Both the position numbers and the translations under genes were made by a program. Positions 1 through 14,289 of a stretch of 64,000 nucleotides of DNA are shown here, piece by piece; the stretch's first letter is position 1; every line of letters starts with the position of its first letter. This stretch comes from Blasia pusilla (taxonomy: Eukaryota): the NCBI GenBank assembly GCA_050084515.1, contig CM114271.1, forward strand, positions 18,414,001-18,478,000. Direction: 5' to 3'. Below the pieces are notes generated by a model. It ran no database searches, was not told where the DNA came from, and saw only the letters and a program-made list of their open reading frames with translations.

Positions 1-1637
1 AGCCAATCTGGCTTATGGGACCCCTTTCACATATGTGAAATTGACATCGCATCCGACGACCACCTTCATATCTAGTTTTAGGATTCTCACTTAGGAGATT
101 TTTTTGTTTTTTTTTCCTTCCTTTTTGAAGGCTTGGAATTTTATCCAGATTTTTAACCCGGGTTTGTTTTTTCTTTGTGAGGGCTTGGAATTTTATCCAG
201 ATTTTTAACGCGGGAGTATAGTCAAGGCACACATATGAAAGGCACACACGGAATTCTCTCTCTCAAACATGGACCATCCATGCCCTAGATAGGGCACGCC
301 ACTGCCCCGGGTTGAGATGGTTGTTGGTTCCATGCGAGCAATTATGAAATGTGAACGATCCTAAGACCAACTGCGAAATATGAAGGCATGAGTTGAGATG
401 GGCACTTAGCCATAAGATGCATGCAACATGACGCAAGTGACCAAGGTCAGATTGATGAATGAAGAAAAGTAGGAAACTTTGAGATCCACCCAAGTCATGT
501 TTGGGTCTAATTAGCCAATGCAAAGTTGGAAGTCACGATCCATGTTTGGGTTGAGGCAAAAGTTATGGCCCTAGGTGGATATTTAAGATGGAAGAAGAGA
601 TTAGAGGACTCTAGCTATAAGTACTGGTAACGAGGGACACTCTTCCTCCCTCTCTCCTTATTTCTTGGAACAAGATGTGGACCCAATTTTTTGTTTAGCC
701 ATATTTCAGATTGTGAGCGAGGATACCATTTGAGACATATCTTTAGGATATTATCAGCACTTTGGCTTGCATGAGCGAGGGGAAAGGGTAGGTGGCTATA
801 GGTCAAGGGTTAGGGACAAGCCTCCCTATGGGGGCAATATGTACCTTATGAGACTAGACACCCAATGATCTTCTTTGAATCTTCATTTCACGCGAGAGGA
901 GTTAGGTCTCGGCCCCAAACCCAAAGCGAGTCTTCCACTTGCAAGGCTTAAGGAAGTTATCTCTTGGTAACAATAGCAAAGAGAAGTAGAGGAATGACTT
1001 TATGACATTTCCTCTCTTAAATCTCTTAACTTTTTTTAGAAGAACCTTTCCTATCATTGGAGATTTCAATTTCTAAATTAAAAGCATAGATTAAGCTTTA
1101 ATGATGATAATTTATTTTTGATTTAAAGAAAAATTTTGCTATTTTATTTTTACTTCTAAAAATATCCTCATTCTATAAAAGGAAAGAAAGACCCCACTAT
1201 TGAATCATAATTTCATTTTTATTTTATTTTACAAGATTCTTTCCAAAAAGAGTAATCTAATCTCTTTAAATTATCATATAGATGAAATCATGAGGTATGC
1301 TATTCATAAATAGCCACATATAACTTAATGGTCTTCTCTTCTTTAATGGAACATCTCTCATTTCATATTGGAGAATTTTACTATTTTAGGATCACAATTT
1401 TCTCACATAGTAATTTAAAACCACGCTCATCCGGGATCCCCATCCCATTTTGCCTTATTCCCCAATTAGTAGTATAGGTGATATTTTCTCCCTCCATATT
1501 AATGTACCACCATCTTTAACTTTAATTCTTGATTCCAAATTTTCTTTGGGAAATCAAGTCCTCTAAGTCTATGATTGGAGAAGTTAGAAAATCCAATAAA
1601 AAATTCTTGAAATCATATGTCTCTTTCACAAAATTAA

Positions 1638-1976
1638 TCACAAGTTTAGGGGAATAGGAACATTCAATAATCTTCTCCAAAAATTCAAAAAATGGGTGTT
1701 GTTATGACGGAGATGTTGGGAGAAGCAATTCAAAATTTGATCAATCTCATGATGAGTATGTCCAACCATGAGAAACCCAACTTTCACTTTTTTGGAGTAC
1801 CTCTTGTTCCACAAATTTACTAAGATTTGCAAGTAAATACTTACTTTTATTCTCTTGCATAGTGTTATCAAGTGCAAATATAGGATGGGAGAAAGATTAC
1901 CTTCCCATTCTCTAATAATATTATACAAACCCATGACGATGAGATTTATATGATTTTGAATGCTCGGGAAATTCAA
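1638..1976 (-). pseudogene. Decayed DDE transposase fragment, Sola-like (DUF7869-type)
   Basis: The ORF contains FLMVGHTHHEIDQ. A frameshifted reading at ~1840-1890 gives YLHL/DNTMQENKSKY. These match the LxLQxDNxxxENKN and FLxVGHTHxxIDQ motif pair of this transposase group. The surroundings are AT-rich and degenerate. Confidence 0.55.
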
Positions 1977-4607
1977 AAATAATTCATGTACCTACTCTCC
2001 TTGAACACTCCTCTCATGCGTCACGGAATCTTGCATTCAATAGGTCACGCCAATAGGAAATTCCTCTTTGGCTACTCCTTATGGCCCTCAAATCAACTAA
2101 CATTTAGATAGCTTGGAATAGTTTCTAGATTTATGCTCATGGGTTTGTCTAGATCTTAAGTGCACTAGAATTATCTTGTCACAAGCTTTGCAACGCTATC
2201 TTATTCATTCCAAATGCATTTTGGGTCTCGTTCTCAAAAGCCAAGAAACCCAAAGGGTCACTCAAGTGACATTGCAGTCCCCTTGGTGCCAAACTCTTGT
2301 GGGACTTGAACAAGTCAGTCTCGCTCGAGTAGAAGTCAAGCGGGACTTGACAAGCGTTCAAGTTTTGCTTGACTTCTGGTCTTGTTATGCTACGTCCAGA
2401 CCTTCATCATTTGAGATTTCCCTCAAGCTTCCCATATTGCTTCTCCAACGTATGTCTCATTAATGAGACTCTAAAGCACTTCCATCTTAGTATGAGACCA
2501 CTAGAGTTATGATGTCCCATGGTGGCGCGAGTTTGGTAATGAGGGTTGCGACCAAAACCCTGCCGATTAACTTCTAGTTGAAGATAAGGCATTCAACCAT
2601 ATGTACCAATATGAAAAACTTCTTGTCCATATTCTTGGGCACGTGAATAAAATGCAAAAATTTAGTTTTTTTATCCATCCCATCGATAACAACTCCAACA
2701 CACTATTTGATGAAGTGAAAAAAAATCTTGCGATGTTTAGCAACTTCCTCCCTCTCTTTCATTTATTGATTTTAGTATCTAGTCAAAGCCAACATATATG
2801 TATTTTTCTATGCAACAATATATGAATCTGTCACATCCTTGTTCTCGATCTCTAGCTCATAACTTAGATTGACTGATCATAATTCTCCTCTTCCCAATTA
2901 TGTCCAACAACTTTCCATACATTTGGTTTCAATTTGGTAAGCTTATGAGTTACAATGATTGCATTTATCAAATTCTAAAATGTGTAAAAAAAAATGTTTG
3001 GTCTCACAATGAACCATTGTATAATTGATAAGGGTTGGGAATCTTCGAACTGAGTAGTGTGACATTATTATTGGAAGAGTTGAGTGTGAAGGACCAAAGC
3101 ATACTTTTTTTTTAATGTAATATTTCTTTATCATACTTTATCCACAGATAAAGTATGGCTAAGTATAAAGTTTGATAGAGTATGATGTCATGCTTTATTC
3201 GCAGATTAACATTTCCTAAATCTTGAAGTAGTTTGATGCGTTGGATTTGAGTGTTTCCCCAAGAAAATAATGTCTTCAGACCACGTTTGCACATAGTTAG
3301 ATCAATCATTGTGTACAAAAACTACGATTTTTGTTCCACCAAGAAGTACATACAACTCCTCAAAAAAATATTTGTTCGTCCTCTACCATCCAAAAGAAGT
3401 CTTCTCTCATGTCTTTTAATTTTTTTCTTTCGAAGTTCTTAGATACACCATTGACTCTAGAAAAAAAAATTACTTCTAGAAATCTATAAAATCACTTGAG
3501 AACATATACATCTTTTCAAAATCACATTGGATTTCTCTTAGTGAAGTTTAGTTCTCACTTCATCTTTTCGATTGAAATATCTAGAGTGAAAGCCAAAATA
3601 AAATCATTCCCCTTAAAGTCTTCTTCTATGACTAGGGACTTTGACCTTCTTAAACTAGAAATCTCGCCTTTGTCAAAATCATCTCCAATATCAACAGCAT
3701 GTCCTGTTTCACCAAAGTATCATACCAAGATGATAGTTTGAATTTTTTCTCACCATCATTGAAGAGTCCACATTTTTTGAAATTGTGAAACAATATACAT
3801 TGTTGGCATTATCAACCATGTTTCTAGCTAATAAACTATCTAATACCGTAGTAACCAAGGAAGAATATGGAGATGGAGGATCCAAAAATTCCATAGAATT
3901 TTCCCTTAGCCAACTACAGGTACTATTGTAGAAAATCCACTATCATTCTCAACTTTACTCACCTTTTCTGGGTAAATAATTCATCTCGTAGTCAAAATTC
4001 GTGAACAAAATTTATAAAACTTGCTTGGTAGCATCTTTGAAAGACATTGGCTAGAATTAAAACTTTCTGATCTCAACCTAAAACTTATCACTCATAGGTG
4101 TGTCCATCTAAGAAGCGTATGCCTCCTTCCAAAATCTTTCTTGACCCACCTCTTATGAGTGACTGGTTGTAGAATAATTGGGGTTGAGGGCTCTATGGTG
4201 TAGGCTGATGATCACGCCTCCCTCCAAACTTCCCTCCTCTATTCAAAAAAATTATCTATCTTTAAAATGAATTTTTTCAGGGATGTCAAAAATAATTCCA
4301 CACTTGAGGCTCCATTTGCGTGACATAAAAAATAGTTGGGTATTATTTTTTTGGAAAATCCCAAAAATTGTTAAAGTTGGATTTACAACTTGTAGAATCC
4401 ATCAAAGAAAGGGTAGTTATCTCCACATAATACCATATAATTTAAAGACAAGTTCCTTTCTACACTCTATGCGACGTGTGCAAAATGATGTTTTGCATTG
4501 GGTTTGGTATTTATATGTATGATTTAACTTTATGACATGTGGTTAGTCATCATTTTTCCTATTTTTCCTTACATTAATTTAAGAGTAAGCCCTATGCATT
4601 TTCTAAT

Positions 4608-4775
4608 CTATATTATTATTGGAGAGTGCCTTCTTGATTGAAAATATGTGGCAACTGGCAGCAAAAAAATGTTTCCCATACTACATGCAGTAAGAAAAAA
4701 AAAAGAATTTTGTGTGGCATGGTTGGTCCCTTCAGTCCTGTGTATGCCATGGGCTATAGCCGTTATACAGTAGTT
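4608..4775 (+). mobile_element. Possible non-autonomous Helitron-like fragment (5' end)
   Basis: Begins A|TCTATATTATTAT-GGAGAGTGC, and a closely similar start recurs at ~43873. A TC start after A is typical of Helitrons. The 3' hairpin/CTRR end is only degenerate. Confidence 0.3.
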
Positions 4776-5471
4776 ACATTATAAAATATGGTTATCTCTA
4801 AATTCACTAGTTCAAACTTTATTTCCAACCAAAGTAAAGTCTTTCCGGAGTTTGTAAAGGTTTGAGGGTTAAGAAGTATCCTATGACCGATCACTTTCCC
4901 TCTACATTATATTTGGAGTTTTGTAAGGCCGGGAAGTTCAGAAGTATCCTATACATGTTTACTTTTCTCTTACAATTAGAATACTTTTGGGCCCTAACAT
5001 TTTGAAGTATTTATGATCTCTCTCGTTGTGTCTTCAATATAATTTTTTTTTCCAATTGTCTATTGCAATGAACCACTCATCAGGATTAACAATTAATATG
5101 TTATTAAATTTTGAGATGAAACATTTTATCTTGTTTGTCTTTGAACCACATAGAGTATAACTCTCTTGTTGATAAATCGCAGGGCAATCCAATTAGCTAC
5201 AATCGTTAAGAGGTTATTATGATCCAACTCAATTTGATTAGCTATTATAGTCATGGAATCTAACCCCATCTAACTAAATGGTTTCTATTATTTTGATCAT
5301 GTGGAATTACAACTTTCAACTCATACTTTCGTAGATATATATCATCACAATGATCAAAGTTAGGACCAAATTTAAATTTTCACATCGTTAAAAGAAATTG
5401 GGTCTAATGATTATACTCACCATATCACCAATTGCAATAGTTTGGATAGACACATTTAAAGATGTTCACTT

Positions 5472-8083
5472 TCAGGCGCATACACATCGCTACACAATCA
5501 AGGTTGTATGTGGATAACTTCTGTGTCCACAAACATATCCATGTCCGTGGACTTACGCCCATCCTATGGAAGGAGTTGTCCATATGGGCCCCATCTTCCC
5601 CTTGTTTTTCATTTCCTCCACTTGCCTTTGTGTTCCATACTCTCCCATTTCTTCCTCCCTCCATCTCCACTCCCTCCCCCATTATTTCCTCACTTACCCT
5701 TGCCCTACCTCCTTTCATGAACTATAAGTATGGATCCCATCTCTTGCAATCCATGTCCATCTTAGGAACGGACTTGCCAATTTTGTGTAACTATGAGCAA
5801 AATCAAAATCGTTGGTCATATCCACAACTTACAACACCAACATTCCCAACATCCGTGTAGATCCACACACATAAAAAAATAAACTCATGCATAAACATCG
5901 AGACCGCACAACAATATTTGAGAAAAAATAGCTCACACAACCAACTCCACTCACGAATCTACATCAGCATATCAAGCCACATCCTACCTCCCCAATGAGC
6001 TAGCACCCTAGTTCATAGTACTTCCTAAACACATAAGAAAGAGAGGTGCTCCAAGGGCCCAACATGAGAAAGATGACGTCAGAACGTCATTTCTCCCCCT
6101 CTTATATCGTTTGGAAGAGCCAAAAGGTTCTTCCCCAAAAAATAGCCTTTCCAACGGTGACCTACATGGACTAGTAACCGAGTCAATAGATCACCTCGTT
6201 GACAAAGACCAAAACATGAATTTTTTTGAGAAATAATGTTCTCGACGCAACACACGTATTTTCAACCTCATCTGACACATCCAAACAAAGTTACAAGCAA
6301 AAACCCCATTAACCCTCTTTGCCATCAACGCAATATAACTCTATATGCTGGCTTAGTAAGATGTAACACTTGTCATGCGCATACATATCCATACAAAATC
6401 CACATTGTTGGTCACATCATACAACACAACACTAATCTTCCCAACACATGGATATATCTATCTACATACAAAAATGAACTCATGCATGTACATCGAGACC
6501 GCACAATTGTCCCCATAGCTAGCAGGTGGATCTCCCTAACTTTAGATAGCACACATCACAACTACCCTACACGACGTACTACCCTACCCACATCTAGGAA
6601 ATAACCATCGTCTCGCAGGAATAGCATCAAGGGAGGGGGGTCAGATCCAAAATATGTCAACCTCTAAAACAACCATCACGCACCAACATGGTGGTTGTAC
6701 ACCTCGCAGATCCCACACAACATACATCTCAAGCGTGCAAATACCACTACCAAAGTTTGAATTCACTATCTTATCCATCTTTGAAAGATAACATGGTGCA
6801 TTGTTACAAACATGATCCTTCCAAACCATATCATGTCGTCCCTTCAACATGAGGACTCGAATCGATAATATCTCAATGACCTCACGCACATGCAAAATTG
6901 GGCCTTGTAGTGACATCTAGCGTCCTGGATGTCGACCCTTGTAAATACACATAATCTATAGGAACCTCCTAATCTATGATGATAAGATCCTCGACAAAAG
7001 ATCACTTACCTTAATATATCTAAGTTATATAACTAAGTTCTCAAATGCCATGGACATAACTCTATGAAAAATCTCCATCCTCTAAGAATATGGTTGTATC
7101 CACACATCCATGTCCTCAAGATTCAACACCTCTGCCTTGTCATATCCAATAGCTACATGTAAATTCGGCTCTCTCCCATAGAGCAAAAAGAACAATGAGA
7201 ATGATGCCAAGAATGCATGCTGATTGAAGCGATACCTCATATCCAACCATGGCAACTGTAGGTTCCACTCCCTCAAATGTACTTCTCCATGTGTACTACT
7301 CTCTCTGCCTATCCATCCGCTTCATGATGATCTGAAGATGTTGTCTGATGATCTTTTAGTGCCTCTCACACAAGGCCTAAAACTCTCCCTTGAACACGGT
7401 ACCCTTGTTATTCAACACCTCTACTAGTGCACCAAAACGACTAAGCTCACTATCTAGAAATGCATAAGCCACTCCCTCTTTGGCCTTGTCCGATAATGCC
7501 ACCAACTCTATCCACTTGGAGAAATGCTCAACCATGACCAACACGTAGCTATAATGACACCCTATGAATGGCAACGGTCCCACAAAGTCTACACTCCAGC
7601 GATAACCTAATCCCATAACTGGAAAAGGATGTAACAGTGGAGTGGGAGCATTGAAGGATGCTCGCACATAGTCACATACTAGAGATCTAGCTACAAATTG
7701 ATGAACCTCTAGATGCATGTTGCCCAACCAATACTAAACTTGGAGTAAGCTTTAAGTATGCTTTACTTCAAAATGTCCCAACTCCTCATAGGCATGTCCC
7801 ACTACATTTGCTCATTGGGAAGCATGAGGCACCATCCGTATCCTACTTTCCCCCCGTACTCGTAAAATATGTGTTCCCTCCTACTTAAACCTCTTGACAC
7901 TCTATAGAATCCGATCCCACTCCCTAACACTCACTACGATCGCTACGGCGCCAATACATAGCAACTCCACAACCTGCACATCGTCATGAATATCACAACT
8001 ACCCATCACCTCCTCACTGAACCCCAAATCGAGAGACTTATCATCTAACCCCACCATTGGAGTCACCACCTATTGTTGACATC
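5472..8083 (-). mobile_element. 3' part of a Gypsy element of the DNMT/PHD family: integrase, degenerate PHD and A-B-A terminal repeats
   Basis: ORFs 7377-7727 (WSVDFVGPLP...MVEHFSKWIELVAL), 7082-7276 and 6641-6916 match integrase 40912-42018. Block A lies at 6371-6505, block B at ~5910-6368 (reverse complement of 33727-34190). A second A copy lies at ~5830-5910, with its end at ~5472-5500. Confidence 0.85.
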
Positions 8084-11000
8084 TGTCGTGCGAATACACA
8101 TTGTTGCCAACATACATCGATTGTCATGAACACACATGTCTAAGATCCATGTACCTATGAATCCTAACATCTCTACGTATGAATGATTGGACAATCCCAA
8201 TGTAAAGTTGAATACAAATTGTGAACTATGATGAAATACGTAATGAACCGTGCTTCATCCAAACACCGATATTCACAATCCGGATACACAGTGTTGGAAA
8301 AGTCAGAGATACTGTACACAAGGACTCCCAAAATGTGTGTGATCTTCCTTATTGATCACTCCTAGAGAGAATCCACGCTAAGTACATGCAAGCTCCATTG
8401 TATAACAGATCCCAACATGGGTCTGCAATCCTAAGGAAGATGAGCTCCAAATGAGCTTCATCCGAGGTATATCCCCCCGGGACATCTCCATGAGTGGCTT
8501 GTATACATAAGTCACCTCAAGTCATAGCAGGTCTCTACCAACTTATAGTACATAGAGTACTAACTCCCTAACAACTACACATGTGGTCCCCTCATGTGAC
8601 CAACTACCAACTAACCCATGACCCTATAGGTCCAAGTGGAGCCATACATGGCTGGGAAGGTCAACCTCTCCAAGGTTTCCACTCCTCATAAAGGGAAGGG
8701 TGACCTTCACTTGTAGGTCATCTCCTAAGAGCAAGTCATATATGACCTCTCAAAATGGGGAAGTAAAAGACCCTTCTAAGGCTTGATACTATCTCGCCCT
8801 ACTCCTCATCTACCATGATAGTTGTTGTGCGAATACACATCGCTGGCAACATACATCAGCTATCATGTACACACATGTCTAACATCCATCTACCTATGAA
8901 TCCTAACATCTCTACACATGAACGACTAGACAACCCCAACTGCCCCCCTAGCCGGTGGTTAGGTCCCTCTAACTCTAGATAGCCTACAAAACAAGTTTAA
9001 ATGTTATGCACCTTTTAGGTGCTAAGATCGGGAGGTTGGGTGCTATGTCCCCCCATTGTTAGTCACCTTTCTACAATCCATAACATCAAGAGTCATCTTG
9101 TAATCTACCTACCTATCACACCTATATACATCTGGGACAAAGCCAATGTCCCTGAGGAACCAAGTCAAGAGGCAGCGTCAAACATGACATATGCCATCCT
9201 CGAGAACACCCATCACATACTACCATCGTGGTTGCGCCTCTGGCAGACCCACACAACATGCACCTCAAGCATGTAGGAACAACTTCTAAGCTTGGATCAA
9301 TCCTTCCATGTACGTTTGAAAGATGACATGATACACAACAACGCACATGATCTTTCCAAACAGTATCATCACGACCCTATTAAACAAGGACTCTTGAAGG
9401 TAAAATCTCTTGCACTTGCATAATAGTGTGACCCGCCGTCACGTCCAATATTTTTGGCGATGTCAACTATAGGTAGACATAATTGCCATGATAGAATTTC
9501 CGAATCCCTAGAAGATAGCCTGCTCCACGTGTAGTCGCGTATCTTAGAGTATCGCGATGCTCAACAATAGCCAAGGCATATCTATTCAAAAGAGCTCAAC
9601 CCACTGAGATCAAGCTCGCACCCATACATCTCGATTGTCAAGGTCAAGTACCTCAACCACATCTCATCAAATGGACAATGGTAACTCTGGATCTCTCCCT
9701 TAGAGGAAGAAAAATGGTGAAAATGATGCCAAGGATGCCTGCGGACTGAAGCAGTAACCCATTGCCAAGCACGGCAACTGTAGGTCCCAATCTTCCAAGC
9801 GTCCTCTCTGTAGTCCATACTTGCGCAATCCTCTCTTCACCGTCTACACAACTCTCTGTGCCAAACTATCTACTAGTGGATGATCTCGAGAAGTCGTACG
9901 ATGATCTATCAATGCCTCATCACACAAGGCCTGCAAGTCACCCCTAAACTCAGTACCCTGGTTTGTCAACACATGTGCTGGTGCGCCAGAATGCCTAAGC
10001 ACTCTATCAAGAAATGCAGAAGCCGCTGCCTCGCTTGACCTATTCGGAAACACTACCTACTCAATCCACTTGGAGAAGTGCTCCACCATGACCATCATGT
10101 ACCGACTATGGCGTCACATCAATGATTAAGGCCTTAAAAAGTCTAAACTCCAACGATACCCTAATCCCATGATCGATCAAGGATGCAAATATGGTGTCGG
10201 AGCATTGAACGATGCTTGCACCCTATCACATACAATGCATCTGGCTACAAAGTGGTGAACATTAGTCTGCATACCACGCCACAAAAAGTGAATCTAAATC
10301 AAGCTATACATACGCCTGACTCCAAAATTACCTAACTCCTAGTGAGCATGTCTTACTACGCATGCTCGCTGCAAAGGATGCGGCACCATTCGCACTCATC
10401 CATCCTCCCAAACTTGAAGCACATGCGTCCCCTCCGACATGGACCTCCAATTGGCTCACTATAGGACTCAATCCCGCTCTCTAGCTCCCAACGTGCTTGC
10501 TAAGACACCAATGCGTAGGTATTCCAAGACCATCTCATCGTCGTGGATGTCTCTAGTCCCTCTCGACTCCTCACTAGCATCTAGATGTTAGGAGTCACCA
10601 TCCAGCATCCCTCATGGAGTGGATGCCTCTTGCTGACCTGACATAGCCAACAGACACAAATACGCAGATGCGTGTCAACATGGCACCATCTCCTCATCAT
10701 TCTCACCATGCCACCACGCTCTAGTTGCATGGTTTTGGCTCGTGCATGGGTTAGAGCTAAACCCGTCCGCATCCTGATTAATATATTTAGATGTCATGGG
10801 CGATGGACAACGTCAAAATTGCACTCATAGAAAAAGAGTGACCATCTAGCAAGCTTCCTTGTAAGGTTGTCAGACTCCATCAACCATCTGAGTGGATGAT
10901 GATTGGAGATGAGCGTGAAAGGGTTCCTCAACAAATAACATCTAAAATCAGCCACTGCTTACACAACAATTAAGCACTCCCCCTCAAAGGAATATATTGT

Positions 11001-12610
11001 ACTCCGCCTCCACAGCATTGTTCAAGCGGCTTGCATATTCCACAAGGATCTCCTTCCCCTCATTATGTCTCTAAGTGAGCACCGCTCCTAACCCCAACAT
11101 ACTCCAGTCCGTATGTAACTCGAATGGACAACCATGCATGGGTCTTCTCAAAATGGGCAAGGACGTCAACCTGTCCTTGAGCTCCTGAAATGCTTGCTCA
11201 TGATCATCTCCCCCAAACCACTCGTGGTCCAATCTAGTCGGCCAAGTCTAAACTCTTACTCTGAATCAAGCCTCGCTCCATGTCGGAATACTTGTAGGGT
11301 CGTCGGAAGATAGGAGTATCACTATCCAACTCGATCCGAATACCTGGACCCTTCAATGTACCCAAGTCATGCAAAATATATGCAAAACAATCCTTGAATC
11401 TCCATAGGAACTGCAACACTTGTCTCCTCTCCGCTCTTGTCAAGCTAGGACCAATAACCGGCTTCCATGTCTCTCTTGTGAGCTTTGGAGAAGAGGAGGG
11501 TAGTAGTTGCTAACTAGCAACATCTCGACCAACAACATCAACTCTTGACTCAGAAAACAACTCTCTAAGCACTCCACTATGTCCTGCATGAGCGAAATGA
11601 ACTCCCATCTCTCTGTGCTCTCGTGACATATCCCATGAAGTCCATGGATGCCTCTCCATCACCATCGCTCCCCCAACCTATATCTCACCCATCTCGGTTG
11701 ACGCTACATTGCAAAGTGGACGTGATGTCACAAACGCCTCTCGCATCCATCTCAGCTTAGCAAAACAGCGACTGTACATCCAAGTAAGACAATTCATGTC
11801 CATAGCATGACCCAATACCTATTTGCGAGATGCCCCCTGCCATCATAGGCACCGCCGTCGTACATGTAGAGAATCCCATAGCTTGCTCTTGCTTGTCAAT
11901 GTTGGGCTCCACCAGTGTAACAGCTTGCTCATCCCATATTATGCCCGGTCCTCCCTGACGAAAAGCATGAATGACGGAAAACTCACCAATGTATGCAATG
12001 TTGCCCTCTACTGGCCCACCCGATTGGCAAGTGCCAAGTATGGTACATCATCACAAGTAACAACCTGAGATCACCGCCCTAGATCCAAGCTTGCATCCAC
12101 TATAAGCAGAGATGGTCTTTAGACTCCATCATAAGCCGGCCTCAACAACTCCGATGGTAAAAGGTTTGTCCACCACAATTGTGGACGGTGTGCGAGAGAT
12201 CCAACAATCGCCGCATCCAACATCACCATCGGTCCTATCCACGACCGCACCTGATGTTCACTTGCCATCACTCGCCTTGAGTGTCATCTAACAATAAGAC
12301 GTTCTCCAAAATGTAGGCTGGAGAATATCTCTGGGTAGTTTGTAAGTGTCAAAGAACTCGCAACATCTCCTAAAACATGGCCGACCTTGAGTCTTGCAAA
12401 CCAAGTCCCCGACCCGTCAAAGAATGACCCTCACATGGCCACCCTGCCACCACCAAGTGTATTGGATGAACCCTATCCAGATCTGGCGCACCTTACAATG
12501 AAATGTCGGCTGACAATACATGTTGATATCCCCTGATTGTTGACACTCGCAATAACTGAGGATAGTGCTTAACTAGTCTTGACTTTACGTGCACTCTCAT
12601 CCCTCTCAAC
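8084..12610 (-). mobile_element. Second Gypsy copy of the DNMT/PHD family: DNMT, RT (largely deleted), RNase H, integrase, PHD and A-B-A end
   Basis: PHD at 9122-9346 (CMLC...CDGC...WHMSC...WLCPRC) and integrase at ~9350-10400. RNase H at ~10720-11160 (FQLHTDWS...YASR...EGECL). RT start at 11234-11443 and DNMT at ~11780-12610. A repeats at 8084-8200 and 8823-8940. Confidence 0.88.
11780..12610 (-). pseudogene. C5 DNA cytosine methyltransferase domain (DNMT3-like) in retrotransposon pol, copy 2
   Basis: The minus strand reads HLVVAGWPCEGHS (motif IV, ~12421-12460), YILENV (motif VI, ~12300-12316) and LDAAIVGSLAHRPQLWWTNL (motif VIII, ~12160-12220). A degenerate motif IX/X region follows. Stops and frameshifts are present. 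Confidence 0.85.
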
Positions 12611-12689
12611 ATCAGCTACCCCATGGACCGTCCATGTGGCATGCCCATCTCAAAGAAGTTTTCGGCTAATCATACTCAACTTCTCAATT

Positions 12690-14280
12690 GCAACTGTCGA
12701 CTCTTAAAATGAAAAACTCTGCAGCTCATCAAGGAGGGAAGTCTGGTGGAGCAGGGCAGTGATCCTGCCCGTGGAATCTTTACGCGTATCTAATGATGAA
12801 GGAGTGTATTCCACATCCTTAGTGAATCCTCCGGAAGATCCCGACGCCCCCCGCTTTCGCTTGTCGTGAGTTTGCTATCTGCTTGTTGGTGTGCGAGTTA
12901 CTTCAGACTCCACATGTGGTTTTTTCCTTGGCTCGCTTGTCTGCCCCTCTCATCTAGAATATTCTGCCTCTGAATGCCTCAAACCCTTTGCCTTGGCGGT
13001 CAAGCCCGTTGTCGTGTTGAGATCCTTTCTTCGAGCAAGGGCGGGCCTTCTAGCTGCGGTAGATGTTGTCGATGCAAGGTGAACTCTCTAATAAGTTCTC
13101 CTTTTTCAATACAAAATTATGATGTACACTCTACATTCTCTCACGACAGGTATCACAAATGGAAGTGCCGAGGCGATCACTTCTTCGTAACATCGGACCC
13201 CTAAATTCCTAACTATAAAATCCCTATAAACTATTTTACGCTTGTACACGAGGAAGATAGCACAACTAGTGTTAAACCCTGCTTGAGAAGGCCTATTGAC
13301 ATCCATGGATCGATAAATAAGGACATACAAAGTACAATCCTATGTCCTTCCATATGTGACAATAAGAAGAATCACCGGAGTTGGAGATTGTATGATATGG
13401 CATGAACGCCTCCCCAAAGTGATAAACTAAATAGCGAGTGAACCAGTGCCTATCTACAAAGAGTACCTTGACATGGTAAGGATTGAGGAAAGGAAAGTCG
13501 GGCACAGCTCGTGCTCCACCCCTATCCATGCTTGACACACATTCTCTACTCTCCTCAAGAATGAGTTTTGGCGGAGTTATTCTCCCAAGAGGGGTAATCC
13601 ACTCTCATTGGGGAAGTAACAAGCCAAAACATCCGCTATTTTAGTATGACTAAACTCCTCTACGGTGACAAACCTCTCATCCCCACACACACACACCACA
13701 CTCTAGAAATCTCTCTAAGAATAGACCATGGTCAAGTTACTCTCCCAAGAGGGGTGATCCACTCTCATTGGAAGAGCAAGCAACCCCAAAGACATACACT
13801 CAAGAGAGACACGAGAGACTCAAGATGTGGAATAGAAGGTGATGAACCCTTGAAGGTCCCTCCTCTTTATATACTCACAAGGGATCCACAAGAGTACGAA
13901 ATAGAGCTTATCTTATCTTGTGCCACATGGCTTCCTCTCAAGGCTTAGCCAATCACATTTTGACACAAGTAGATTTCCTCTTATCTCTTCCAAAATATCC
14001 TCTTTTACCCACATGATATTTTCCAAATTACCCCAACTAACCTAGCCACCAACCAAGACTACTTTTGCTTTTCATTAAAGCAACTACTTTACTTTTATAA
14101 AGTCATCTTTTATTTATTACCTTCTTTTCCTAAAGTTGGGCCCGCATAAAAGAGGCACCATAAAAAGGTTTAAACATAAGAATCTCCTTTTTCTAAGCCA
14201 ATTTACTTAATACTAATGAAACTCTATCTAACACTTAATGATGAAGGAGTTTACACACTGGTTGATTTTACTATACGACA
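12690..14280 (-). mobile_element. 5' LTR plus leader of a second Gypsy family (truncated)
   Basis: ~13000-14280 is a direct repeat of ~23080-24368. The putative LTR is 13355-14280 (TGTCGT...GTCACA on -), followed by TA-TGGAAGGAC, which is PBS-like. The left boundary is approximate. Confidence 0.7.
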
Positions 14281-14289
14281 CCGTAGTCT

